Shown piece after piece: positions 10,627 through 20,172 of a stretch of 64,000 bases of DNA (its first letter is position 1; the number at the start of each line of letters is the position of its first letter). A model generated the notes under the pieces. It did no database searches and was not told the DNA's origin. It saw only the letters and a list, made by a program, of their open reading frames with translations. This DNA is from a bacterium (lineage in GTDB: Bacteria > Zhuqueibacterota > Zhuqueibacteria > Residuimicrobiales > Krinioviventaceae), in contig CAXXMD010000003.1 of NCBI GenBank assembly GCA_963675755.2, positions 3,104,001 through 3,168,000 of the forward strand, read 5' to 3'. Made by a program: the position numbers and the translations under genes.

Positions 10627-12441
10627 ATGTCGGAACATATTATGGTCAGTCTGTCAAGTATCATTATTCTGGGAATTGGTGCACAATGGCTGGCATGGCG
10701 TTTAAAATTACCTTCAATTTTATTTTTACTCTTGTTCGGCTTTATTGCTGGTCCTATTACCGGATTTTTGAATCCCGATGAGTTGATGGGTGAGCTTTTA
10801 CTACCGGTTGTTTCAATTTCAGTTGCGGTGATTTTGTTTGAAGGGGGGCTTACGCTAAAACTCAACGAACTGAAAGAGATTGGCCGGCAGGTCATGATTC
10901 TTATTTTTGTGGGCGTTTTAGTTACCTGGGCTATTGCCGCTGTTTCCGCGCATTATATCTTGCATTTGAACTGGAATATCTCATTGTTGCTGGGATCGAT
11001 TCTGGTTGTAACCGGACCTACAGTTATTGGTCCTTTGCTGCGTCATATCCGGCCAACCCAAAAGGTGGGTAAAATATTAAAATGGGAAGGAATTGTTATT
11101 GATCCCATTGGTGCTTTGCTGGCTGTACTGGTCTTTGAAGGTATTTTGATTGGTGAAATGGGAAAAGCCGGAACGGTAGTCATGTTGAGCATTGGTAAAA
11201 CTATTGTTTTCGGCAGTCTGATTGGACTGCTGGCGGCGGGATTATTGGTATTGTTTTTTAGACGGTTCTGGATACCCGATTTTTTACAGGAAACCGTAAC
11301 CCTGATGATGGTTGTTGCAGCGTTTGTGGCTTCCAATATGGTGCAAAAAGAATCAGGATTGTTTGCAGTAACCTTGATGGGCATAGCGCTTGATAATCAG
11401 AGATATGTTACGGTTAAACATATTGTAGAGTTTAAAGAAAATCTTAGAATCCTGGTAATATCGGCCTTGTTTATATTGCTTGCAGCACGGTTGAATTTAC
11501 AAGATTTTCGAGCATGCAGTTATACCAGTTATATCTTTTTGGCTGTAATCGTGTTTATTGCACGACCGGTTTCGGTATTTTTGTCAACCATCAACTCTGG
11601 CTTAAATATTCGTGAAAAGCTGTTTCTGTCATGGATGGCCCCCCGTGGAATTGTTGCTGCTGCCGTGGCTTCTATCTTTGCCCTGGAGCTGACACATATT
11701 CATCTGCCTCAGGCTGAATTTCTAGTGCCCATAACCTTTATGGTTATTGTGGGTACAGTAAGTATTTACGGTCTTTCTTCCTCGGCTGTTGCCAGGTTGC
11801 TGGGAGTTTCGCAGCAAAATCCGCAGGGTGTGTTGTTTATTGGGGCGCATCATTGGGCCAGGGCATTGGCAAAAATTCTACAGGAATATAATTTTCGTGT
11901 GGCCCTGGTAGATACCAACAGGTTTAATGTGAAAACCGCAAGAATGGAAGGGTTAAAAGTCTATCATGGTAATGTAATGTCTGAACATATTTTAGATGAA
12001 ATGGAATTGGAAGGGATTGGAAGAATGGTTGCATTAACTTCAAATACCGAAGCCAATTCCATGGCTGCGATCCATTTTTCCGAATTGTTTGACAAGGAAG
12101 AGTTGTATCAACTGCCGCCTGCACCTGAAACCAAAACGGATATCAATTCGTCCAAACATTTACGTGGCAGATATTTATTTACCAAAGATGCTTTCTACAA
12201 TGCCCTAAACACGCTTTATATAAAAGGCTCTGTTATCAAGGCAACAAAGTTGACCAAAGAATTTGATTTGCAAAATTTTTACAATCTGTACCAGAACAAG
12301 GTCATTCCTTTGTTTTTAATCGTTGATGATAAACTGCGAGTATTTACGGTTGATACTGTACTGGAGCCCAAACCAGATCAAATAATAATTGCTATGGTAG
12401 ATCAAACTGTTTTGCCTTCCAATGCCAAGATGAAAGCTTGA
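10627..12441 (+). CDS. CPA1 (NhaP-like) cation/proton antiporter with C-terminal TrkA-N-like domain
   Basis: ILFEGG, TGPTV, EGIVIDP and PRGIVAA motifs; soluble Rossmann-like tail. Confidence 0.9.
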   Translation: MSEHIMVSLSSIIILGIGAQWLAWRLKLPSILFLLLFGFIAGPITGFLNPDELMGELLLPVVSISVAVILFEGGLTLKLNELKEIGRQVMILIFVGVLVTWAIAAVSAHYILHLNWNISLLLGSILVVTGPTVIGPLLRHIRPTQKVGKILKWEGIVIDPIGALLAVLVFEGILIGEMGKAGTVVMLSIGKTIVFGSLIGLLAAGLLVLFFRRFWIPDFLQETVTLMMVVAAFVASNMVQKESGLFAVTLMGIALDNQRYVTVKHIVEFKENLRILVISALFILLAARLNLQDFRACSYTSYIFLAVIVFIARPVSVFLSTINSGLNIREKLFLSWMAPRGIVAAAVASIFALELTHIHLPQAEFLVPITFMVIVGTVSIYGLSSSAVARLLGVSQQNPQGVLFIGAHHWARALAKILQEYNFRVALVDTNRFNVKTARMEGLKVYHGNVMSEHILDEMELEGIGRMVALTSNTEANSMAAIHFSELFDKEELYQLPPAPETKTDINSSKHLRGRYLFTKDAFYNALNTLYIKGSVIKATKLTKEFDLQNFYNLYQNKVIPLFLIVDDKLRVFTVDTVLEPKPDQIIIAMVDQTVLPSNAKMKA

Positions 12442-12531
12442 CAATAATAAAAATATTATTTATTTTTCAAACTAGTGAACTCATCAGATCGATGGATGTG
12501 TATCTGTCGAATTTAACCTAGGAGAGGAAAA

Positions 12532-13293
12532 ATGAAATTTCGCAATTTTACTTTTGTAGTATTGGCACTAATTTTCATCTCTGTTACATATGTAGCAGCG
12601 CAGGAACAAGAACTCCCTGATCCAAAGTTGACCGAGGTATGGGACCCGGTCCCCCCAATTGTAACTCCTGGTGAAGGTACAGCTGCCCCATCAGATGCTA
12701 TTGTTTTGTTTGACGGTACAGATTTTTCCAATTGGAAACATGCAGATGGCAAACCTGTTAAATGGTTTTTGAATAAGGATGAAGGTTGTATGACGGTTGT
12801 TAAAAAGACCGGTACAATTGAAACAAAACAAGAATTCGGTGACATTCAGCTCCATATCGAATGGCGTACCCCTGCAATTCCTGTTGGTCGTGGACAGGGA
12901 CGTGGCAACAGTGGCGTTTTCTTTCAAAAACGTTATGAACTGCAAGTGCTGGATTCATATCTGAACCAGACCTATTCAAATGGTCAGGCAGGAAGTATTT
13001 ATAAGCAATCTATTCCATTGGTTAATGCCAGCAAAGGTCCCGGTGAATGGCAAACATACGATGCTGTCTTTATTGCACCCCGCTTCAACGATGACGGCTC
13101 TTTGAAAACCCCAGGTTATATTACTGTATTTCATAATGGCGTGTTGATTCAGAACCATTTCGAAATACAGGGCCCTACAGAATTTCGTGGTAAACCCGAA
13201 TATAAAGCACATCCTCTTAAACAAGGAATTATGCTGCAAGATCATGGTAATCCAACAAGTTTTAGAAATATCTGGGTAAGAGAACTGGATTAA
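12532..13293 (+). CDS. Secreted DUF1080 (3-keto-glycoside hydrolase-like) protein
   Basis: Signal peptide; LFDG, GNSGVF, YELQVLD, GEWQTYD and LQDHG...FRNIW motifs. Confidence 0.9.
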   Translation: MKFRNFTFVVLALIFISVTYVAAQEQELPDPKLTEVWDPVPPIVTPGEGTAAPSDAIVLFDGTDFSNWKHADGKPVKWFLNKDEGCMTVVKKTGTIETKQEFGDIQLHIEWRTPAIPVGRGQGRGNSGVFFQKRYELQVLDSYLNQTYSNGQAGSIYKQSIPLVNASKGPGEWQTYDAVFIAPRFNDDGSLKTPGYITVFHNGVLIQNHFEIQGPTEFRGKPEYKAHPLKQGIMLQDHGNPTSFRNIWVRELD

Positions 13294-13300
13294 GTTTTTT

Positions 13301-13338
13301 AAACAGGCCATCAAATTTTTTGATGGCTTGTTTTTTTT
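13301..13338 (+). terminator. Intrinsic terminator
   Basis: AAACAGGCCATCAA...TTGATGGCTTGTTT plus T run. Confidence 0.85.
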
Positions 13339-13673
13339 GGGGGTTGTTGTGTAATTCATTGTACGGGTTGTAATTGTTAATTCGATTATATTTTCAATTC
13401 TTTATTGCAATAATTTAAATTTTTCCATAGTATATTAATATAGATTTCAAATTTGTCAATGTGTATCCAATATCAAGGGTGTTATACAATTTAATGGAAT
13501 GTCATAAATGTTGCCTCTGGACAATATTGTTTCAATCTGACTACCGACAACTATTGTGATATTCACAAATGGGCTATATTGAAATAGAATCTTTATTGTG
13601 ATAAATGCGTTATAATACAATATGGTTTAATGAAATTATCCCGGATGAATTTCCGGAATAATAAGGAGCGCAA

Positions 13674-14540
13674 GTGGATTTAAAAACGACTTTGTTTAGA
13701 TACCGTTTATTAATTATCACTGTTTTGGGTTTTTTTGTACTGATTCTTGTATCAATGCTTAACGAAATTTTGGATTTGCCGCATCTGCTTTTTAATCAAC
13801 CCGCAACGCCAATCAACAAGACCGAGTTTTTATTAGAAACGTTTATGCTGTTATGCTTTGGTTTTGTTATCAATGTCAGTGTTTTTATCTACTCTTATCG
13901 ATATAATCGCTCCAAGATTATGCTTATTCGATCATTGGAAGAAAAAGAATTTTTGCTCAAAGAAATTCATCACCGCGTCAAGAATAATCTGGCTTTGATT
14001 ACCAGCATTATCAACCTGCAGGAACGATCTGTTGATGATGAAAAATTTAAAAATATTTTGCAGGACCTGAAAAGCAGAATAACTTCTATAACGCTTATTC
14101 ACAAAAAACTATATAATTCTGATGATTTGAACACAGCCCATGCTGAAACCTATTTCCGGGAACTGCTTGAAGAAGTAACACAGATATCTGACAAATCGAT
14201 TGATATTCAAATGGATTTTGATAATATCCGGATTGATCAGAAAACACTCATTCCACTTGCAATTGTAACCAGCGAGCTTGTGACCAATGCCATTAAATAT
14301 GCTTTTCCGGATGAAGCCCATCCGCAAATCCGTATGGTGTTGAAAAATGGGAAAAAAAACTTTTTATTCAGCCTAGGGAATAATGGGGCGGGGCTGCCGC
14401 AGGATTTTTCAATAGAAAATTATTCTTCATTGGGCCTAACACTGGTGAGGCTGCTGACCAGCCAGATAGAAGGGGACCTGGAGATTGTAACCGAGCCACA
14501 TACGGAATTCAGAATCAGGATTCCGGTAGTGGGGGAGTGA
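13674..14540 (+). CDS. Sensor histidine kinase (HisKA_2 type), 2 TM, no partner regulator nearby
   Basis: EIHHRVKNNL H-box; ELVTNAIKYAF N-box; SLGL G2 box; GTG start after AAGGAG. Confidence 0.9.
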   Translation: MDLKTTLFRYRLLIITVLGFFVLILVSMLNEILDLPHLLFNQPATPINKTEFLLETFMLLCFGFVINVSVFIYSYRYNRSKIMLIRSLEEKEFLLKEIHHRVKNNLALITSIINLQERSVDDEKFKNILQDLKSRITSITLIHKKLYNSDDLNTAHAETYFRELLEEVTQISDKSIDIQMDFDNIRIDQKTLIPLAIVTSELVTNAIKYAFPDEAHPQIRMVLKNGKKNFLFSLGNNGAGLPQDFSIENYSSLGLTLVRLLTSQIEGDLEIVTEPHTEFRIRIPVVGE

Positions 14541-14706
14541 AAATATTGTTAAATATTATTTTTTGTTTAAAATTTTGTTAATTTTTATTAATATTTACGA
14601 GTTATGAAATAAATATCTTGACTTTTACGATAATATTTGCTAATTAAATACCAATCCTTGGGTCGTACAAAACTAAAATTTCAAATAAAATCTTAGGGGA
14701 TTTATT

Positions 14707-14997
14707 ATGAAAAAGATGAAAACTATTAGTCTTGTTCTATTAGTAGCTGTAGTTGTCTTTGGTGGGATTCATATAGTAAATATTCAAAGTGCAAATGCGA
14801 GTATCACACCCAATCCTTGTCGATTGTCAAATCTTTGCTCCGCAAGTGGCAATACATGTATTACTTGTTGGTGTGATGTGTATGGCGCTTGGAGTTGTGA
14901 ATGCGAGGACCCTGTTACTCTAAATCATTTTACTGTTGCGGAATATGACCCTGATTGTGATAGCCCGACGCATCCATGTTACCCTTGTCCAAATTAA
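14707..14997 (+). CDS. Small secreted cysteine-rich peptide (10 Cys in ~65-aa mature part)
   Basis: AGGGGA RBS; Sec signal ending ANA; C-x5-C-x6-C-x2-C-x-C-x7-C-x-C-x17-C-x6-C-x2-C. Confidence 0.8.
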   Translation: MKKMKTISLVLLVAVVVFGGIHIVNIQSANASITPNPCRLSNLCSASGNTCITCWCDVYGAWSCECEDPVTLNHFTVAEYDPDCDSPTHPCYPCPN

Positions 14998-15076
14998 TAA
15001 AGTGAATTAATTAAAAATGGCCCAAGGATTATTGATAATATATTTGTTTTCTGTTTGTGTTGCATAATAATCTATA

Positions 15077-15661
15077 ATGGAGAGAATAATGAAGAAATTT
15101 TCTTTTTCCAATTTGATTTTGAGTATTATTTTTATAATTATGGCATTTGAAATTATTTTTCTGAGTATACAAAATAAAAAGTTGAATGATCAATTAAGTA
15201 AATTAATTGGACATACTAGCGCTCAACCTGATATGGTTGTAGGGACAAAACTGGCTGATAGTTTATCTGTGAGCTTGGAATATGGAAATGTTGTTAACTT
15301 TGATGAAAAACATCCAAAATATTTAGTTATATATTTTTCAACAACTTGTAAGGCTTGTATAGAAGATGCTGAGACGTGGATGGATTTGTACGAGTATTTG
15401 GGAAAGAAGAACATTAGTATGTTTGGCATTTGTCAAGGTGAGCCGGATATAGTAAACGAATTTATTATAAAGAATAAACTAAAATTTCCTGTTGCTCCAG
15501 ATCCCACAAATGTTTTGCTAAAGAAATTTGGAATACATTCACTTCCAAGTAAATCTATGATTGATGAAGATAATATTGTCTTGTTTTATTCAAGGGGAGC
15601 ATCAGGTGAACGCGATTTGAAAGAATTAAAAAAGATTGTACCTGAATTGCAGGCAGGATGA
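15077..15661 (+). CDS. Membrane-anchored TlpA/ResA-like thiol-disulfide oxidoreductase
   Basis: N-terminal TM; YFSTTCKAC active site; FGIHSLP cis-Pro loop. Confidence 0.85.
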   Translation: MERIMKKFSFSNLILSIIFIIMAFEIIFLSIQNKKLNDQLSKLIGHTSAQPDMVVGTKLADSLSVSLEYGNVVNFDEKHPKYLVIYFSTTCKACIEDAETWMDLYEYLGKKNISMFGICQGEPDIVNEFIIKNKLKFPVAPDPTNVLLKKFGIHSLPSKSMIDEDNIVLFYSRGASGERDLKELKKIVPELQAG

Positions 15662-15664
15662 GAA

Positions 15665-16294
15665 ATGAAAAAAATAGCGATGAATGCTTTACTGGTCATT
15701 GTTTTGCTTGCGGTTTGTGTCCACTTTGTTATGCAGATCAATAGCAACAATAAAGTTTTGGCTGAAATTGATGATTCGCTCAAGCCCTTATCATATCAAC
15801 AACAAGTTGATTACATGAAGCAGGTGTTTGTCCGGGCAGACTCGTTTCGTTATATTAAATTCAGGGACCAGTTTTTTTATCATGTCTTTCAGGATACCGT
15901 TCCAGTTGGGTATGCTAAAATTATCGACAAGGACCTTGCATGTTCTACCTGTCGTGATGTGAGATATTTATGCGCCCTGGACAGTGCCTTGTGTGTTAAA
16001 GAGGTTGTTTTGATTAGTGATTTGGATCAAAAACGCATCTATGACAAAATACTCCATTTTGAAGATGGTGTAAACCGAGTGGTTGGGAAAAAAGTTTTTA
16101 ATATTGTGAATTTGTCTGATTTTATCTCTCAGTTTAAAAGTACTTTGCCTGGTGATAAAATCTTTAACGAGGATGCGGAGATTGATGTAATCAGTGGTGC
16201 TACTAAGACCAGTCACAGCATGTATGAGGGGATCAAAGAGTTTTTAGCAGAGGCTTCTTATTATTCAAAGCAATATTATGCTAAAAATATGTAA
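15665..16294 (+). CDS. Membrane-anchored FMN-binding-domain protein with an additional CxxC
   Basis: N-terminal TM; CSTC at 15941-15952; DVISGATKTS flavinylation motif at 16184-16213. Confidence 0.75.
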   Translation: MKKIAMNALLVIVLLAVCVHFVMQINSNNKVLAEIDDSLKPLSYQQQVDYMKQVFVRADSFRYIKFRDQFFYHVFQDTVPVGYAKIIDKDLACSTCRDVRYLCALDSALCVKEVVLISDLDQKRIYDKILHFEDGVNRVVGKKVFNIVNLSDFISQFKSTLPGDKIFNEDAEIDVISGATKTSHSMYEGIKEFLAEASYYSKQYYAKNM

Positions 16295-16319
16295 TTAAAT
16301 TGTATTTTTTAAAATGAAG

Positions 16320-16347
16320 TTGCCATGCACTTTTTTGTGCATGGCAA
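16320..16347 (+). terminator. Hairpin closing the three-gene cluster
   Basis: TTGCCATGCAC-tttttt-GTGCATGGCAA; no clear U tail. Confidence 0.6.
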
Positions 16348-16658
16348 TTGGGGAAAGATTTATCTCGTTATATTCATTTTCATAAAATGAAATATACTCC
16401 TAAATTAATATTTCAATCATTTTTATTCCAGAGTTATGTGAATAATGCAATTCCTGTCTATAATAAAATTAGATTTATATTTAAATTATTTGCTTTTTTG
16501 TGTTAAATTTTGTATTATTTCAAACTTGATTCCAAAATAAAAATATTGCAATTTTTTATGTTTGCGTTTGCGACACAGGGGTTAGTGTGTCTGAATGTAC
16601 CGGGAAAAGTGTGTTTATCTAATTATTCTTATTAACTCATAATTCGAGAGGGTGTATT

Positions 16659-17606
16659 ATGCGTAATTGTTTCATTTCATGTCTGTTACTAGTATTACTT
16701 TCAAGTGTAGTTTTTGGCAATGAACAGAAATTTGTAGATGATGTAGAGCAGTTTGTAGCACAATTGAATTCCCAGGAACAAGCATTTGAGAAACGCAGTA
16801 TTCAAAATCAAATGAATATTATTAATGAACGCCGAGTTCCTTATGCAATGATCTATGAGCAGACAGGATTGTTTACCTGGCAGCTGTTTTCAAATTGTTT
16901 TTTTGATTCAGATGTTGATACTACAACTACAGTAAACGTAGATATAGATTACAGACCCACAACAGATCAATTTACTGTAATACCCGCATATTTTACTTTT
17001 ACTTCAAAGCGTCCTTATGATTCATTGAATGATTATAAGGATTTTATGGTTGGTATTTTTCAGAGTGTAGGTACAGCTCATTCAGTATTAATTGATGAAG
17101 CAAATACCAGATATGGATTTGATGGCCATCATTATTGCCAGTCATTCTATTCCGGTACAACAAAGTTGGTTCTTGATTGTTACTTTGTATATGTTAATGA
17201 TGTTGCCTGTGCATTTTATTACATGACGGGTGACTCGTTTTATGACGATGCCTTGTATCAAATCTTTTTTGAATTGATACTTGATGTGGTCGAGTTTCAA
17301 CAGCCAAACGCAATCAATAACGAATCCTTGAAAAAACCGGTGAATTTTGACATGTCTCAAAATTACCCGAATCCCTTTAACGCTTGTACCCGGATCCAAT
17401 ATTCTGTAAATGAACCTACTGATGTAAAAATTGAGATTTTTGATGTCAATGGTAGATTAGTACAGACTCTGGTAGACAAGTTTCATTCCCAGGGACAATA
17501 TGACATTAGCTTTGATGCAAACGATTTGGCCAGTGGAGTGTATATTTACAGAATTTCTGATATGAACCATGCTTCCCGTGCACATCGGATGATCTTGGTG
17601 AAATAA
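16659..17606 (+). CDS. Secreted protein with T9SS/FlgD-like C-terminal sorting domain
   Basis: Signal peptide; QNYPNPFN...LASGVYIYRI. Confidence 0.8.
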   Translation: MRNCFISCLLLVLLSSVVFGNEQKFVDDVEQFVAQLNSQEQAFEKRSIQNQMNIINERRVPYAMIYEQTGLFTWQLFSNCFFDSDVDTTTTVNVDIDYRPTTDQFTVIPAYFTFTSKRPYDSLNDYKDFMVGIFQSVGTAHSVLIDEANTRYGFDGHHYCQSFYSGTTKLVLDCYFVYVNDVACAFYYMTGDSFYDDALYQIFFELILDVVEFQQPNAINNESLKKPVNFDMSQNYPNPFNACTRIQYSVNEPTDVKIEIFDVNGRLVQTLVDKFHSQGQYDISFDANDLASGVYIYRISDMNHASRAHRMILVK

Positions 17607-17655
17607 ATATAAAATTCAACGTGTCGGAGATCGCATTGCTAATCTCCGACACGAT
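17604..17655. repeat. 52-bp direct repeat, copy 1 (contains 12-bp hairpin)
   Basis: TAAATATAAAATTCAACGTGTCGGAGATCGCATTGCTAATCTCCGACACGAT; 51/52 identical to 18631-18682. Confidence 0.95.
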
Positions 17656-17714
17656 CTATTAATATTTTATGATCCCACCGAGCTTTTTATAAACTATAAT
17701 TTTGCAATAACATT

Positions 17715-18524
17715 TTAGTTATATTCTCTAATATAGAAATTTCCCCTGTCATTAATTTTTTCAATTTGTTTAATAGTCTTTTTGAGTGATTTTAAATTCG
17801 GTTCAAGTTTTTTATCATTCTTGTAGACAAAAGAAGATTTAACGCCTAGTGTAGAATATGCTTTTTCTACAAAAACCATTTTATTTTCAAGTTTAGAATT
17901 TGTAGGAAACGTATGTGCACCATAGTTTTTAAAAACATTTTCAATATCCATACTTTTTAGAGCAGTATATAATATTTTCAAGTGATTTCGTGTTAAAAAG
18001 AATATATATTGTTTTTCCAAATCCAAGGGAACCGTATCAATAGATGATCCTACATACAGCCCAGTTTGTCTCATTATATAAATAGTATCCTGTAATTTGT
18101 ATTTATCATTTCCCAATAAAATTTCATCAACATGAATAGAAAAGGTTGAACCAAATAGTGGATAATAGGTTTTTTTTACAGTATCATATACCGTAGAGTC
18201 ATATTCAACTTTAACTACTGTTCCCAATATTACAAAATCTGATTCAAGCGCGTTTTCTTTATAGTTTTTTCCACCTGCCAATTTATAAGCCAATTCTTTT
18301 AAATCAATTCCCATCTTTTTGAATTTTTTATGTTCATTGATATTGATTTCATGCTCATAAAAGCTTTCTGCAAATTTTTTGTCAATCTCTAGTGTTTTTA
18401 ATGCTTTTTCAAGAAAATCATTTTTGTGAACAGTATTTGTTTCAGACATATTATCCTGGCAAAATGAGACAGAATTTAAAAAAATAATGAGAATTGATAA
18501 AACGATAGATGTTTTTGTTTTCAT
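17715..18524 (-). CDS. Hypothetical secreted protein, AT-rich, between the direct repeats
   Basis: GGAG RBS, signal peptide, Lys-rich; SDFVILGTVVKV motif of unknown family. Confidence 0.75.
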   Translation of the reverse strand: MKTKTSIVLSILIIFLNSVSFCQDNMSETNTVHKNDFLEKALKTLEIDKKFAESFYEHEININEHKKFKKMGIDLKELAYKLAGGKNYKENALESDFVILGTVVKVEYDSTVYDTVKKTYYPLFGSTFSIHVDEILLGNDKYKLQDTIYIMRQTGLYVGSSIDTVPLDLEKQYIFFLTRNHLKILYTALKSMDIENVFKNYGAHTFPTNSKLENKMVFVEKAYSTLGVKSSFVYKNDKKLEPNLKSLKKTIKQIEKINDRGNFYIREYN

Positions 18525-18630
18525 TTATGACTCCCCGGTTGTACCCCGTTTGTATTCTTGTACCAAGGATCTCTGCCTTGGGATTATTTGTTTCTTGCCA
18601 CCCAGGTTTTAACCTGATTGAAAAAGTGAT

Positions 18631-18682
18631 TAAATATTAAATTCAACGTGTCGGAGATCGCATTGCTAATCTCCGACACGAT
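18631..18682. repeat. 52-bp direct repeat, copy 2
   Basis: TAAATATTAAATTCAACGTGTCGGAGATCGCATTGCTAATCTCCGACACGAT. Confidence 0.95.
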
Positions 18683-18692
18683 TGTTTTGTTA

Positions 18693-20171
18693 TTATCTCG
18701 ATAGTATCTTTTTCTGGTCGGCGGGGCGTGGCATAAAAAAGTCGTATTGACCGATACCGCATTCCTGAATCATATCGATGCAATATTCCAGACGTTTTAA
18801 TTCTTCTGCGTTACGATTGTTGGTACCCATGGCGAATTTACATCCTGCTGCTTTGGCTTTTTTGATGAATGTAGCACTGGGCACGCGGTAACGATCATTG
18901 ATCTCTATGGCAACATCGTTTTCCAATGCGGCTTTTATCACTTTATCCATGCGGGCATCGGTCCACAGTTCGTCATAGCGATCACGGATGATTTCGGGCA
19001 GTACCGTAGCATTGACATAAATGTCGATAGGTTCATCCTGCAATACCCCGAGGATTTTTTCCACATACATGTCCATCCATTTCTGTTCGTCATCAACCTC
19101 TACTTCATCTTTTATCCATACATGGATTCGTTTTCCGCGATGGTCGATAAAGGTCATGGCGTCGCTGAAGACATAATCGAATTTTGCAATGGCTTCCTTG
19201 CTGAACAGGTCCATCCATTCGCGGCCTTCGGCTTGCATACCCAGATACACCGGTTTGTCTTTCATGGATTCGATAAATTCGTAAATACCGGCATCATCAT
19301 GAATAGGAAAGTCGAGCCCGCAGTTGGGTGCAATACCGTACATGATACCGTCGCGCATGGATTGGGCCAGAGCCATATCCAGGGTAATGTCTTTTTTTAA
19401 ATGAACATGAAAGTCGATAACGGGATAGTTGTCATGGTTCATGTTGAGGAGTGTGGTATAGGTTTCGTCCACAACCGGGGTAACAATCTCACCGGGATCA
19501 GCATCGTCAGGTAACGGTTTAACCATAATGTTTTTATACATGGCTGTGCTGTTGGGATCGTGACACTGGAACGCAAAAGTCCCGCTTGAAAGTACGCGGC
19601 CCGGTTCACTGGGACGAACAGGATGTTCAGGCTCTACATAATCAGATACCAGCATATCGTTGATCCATACCTGAATACGGGGTACAACCACTTTGATACG
19701 CATGGTAAACCATTCATCATCACCAATAAACTGTTTAAAGGTATTGCGTACTGCATAGATACTGCCGGTTTTTTTGTATTCATACCAGGTGCCGTCTGCA
19801 CTGGGCTTTTGTGAATTGTTGACCTGTATTTCGTAACCATGGTCAGGCCAGCCATCCTGCTGATATTTTGAATGAACATAGATTCCGGAATTGGAATTGG
19901 CGCGAGCCATTACATCGGCCTTGAATTCAAAGTTTTTGAAATTGTGGTCCATGACCGGTCCATCGTAAAAGAGATGTGCGCGTGTACCGTTGCATACAAT
20001 GGCGCCGTTTTCGATGCGAGCCGATTCACTGTTTTCACTTATTTTCCAACCATCAAAAGATTTTCCATCAAACAGGGAAATCCAGTTTTTTGCATCAGGA
20101 TCACCGCATCCGGAGAAAAAAAACAAGAACGAAACTGACAACAAGAGGGGCAGGAGCATCCGGTATTTCAT
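18693..20171 (-). CDS. Lipoprotein: DUF1080 domain fused to a PHP-like TIM-barrel domain
   Basis: Lipobox FSGC; LFDG, NSGIY, YEIQV and FQCHDP motifs; C-terminal DFHVH and AIEIN. Confidence 0.8.
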   Translation of the reverse strand: MKYRMLLPLLLSVSFLFFFSGCGDPDAKNWISLFDGKSFDGWKISENSESARIENGAIVCNGTRAHLFYDGPVMDHNFKNFEFKADVMARANSNSGIYVHSKYQQDGWPDHGYEIQVNNSQKPSADGTWYEYKKTGSIYAVRNTFKQFIGDDEWFTMRIKVVVPRIQVWINDMLVSDYVEPEHPVRPSEPGRVLSSGTFAFQCHDPNSTAMYKNIMVKPLPDDADPGEIVTPVVDETYTTLLNMNHDNYPVIDFHVHLKKDITLDMALAQSMRDGIMYGIAPNCGLDFPIHDDAGIYEFIESMKDKPVYLGMQAEGREWMDLFSKEAIAKFDYVFSDAMTFIDHRGKRIHVWIKDEVEVDDEQKWMDMYVEKILGVLQDEPIDIYVNATVLPEIIRDRYDELWTDARMDKVIKAALENDVAIEINDRYRVPSATFIKKAKAAGCKFAMGTNNRNAEELKRLEYCIDMIQECGIGQYDFFMPRPADQKKILSR

Positions 20172-20172
20172 G

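Noticed and set aside
14707-14997. Radical-SAM or lanthipeptide RiPP precursor, or ferredoxin
   Set aside because: It has a Sec signal rather than a leader peptide, no modifying enzyme or peptidase-transporter is nearby, and Cys spacing does not fit CxxCxxC ferredoxins.
14549-16518. Weak similarity between 14549-14585 and 16481-16518 as a third flanking duplication
   Set aside because: The match is almost all A/T in very AT-rich DNA and cannot be told from chance by eye.
18525-18630. Possible 3' remnant of a gene upstream of the inserted ORF
   Set aside because: Only a short open stretch with no start and no recognisable motif.
17604-18682. Integron attC sites or CRISPR repeats
   Set aside because: A GTTGAAT (GTTRRRY) is present on the minus strand, but there is no matching RYYYAAC at the other end, no unpaired spacer and no integrase. 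Two copies 1 kb apart are not a CRISPR array.
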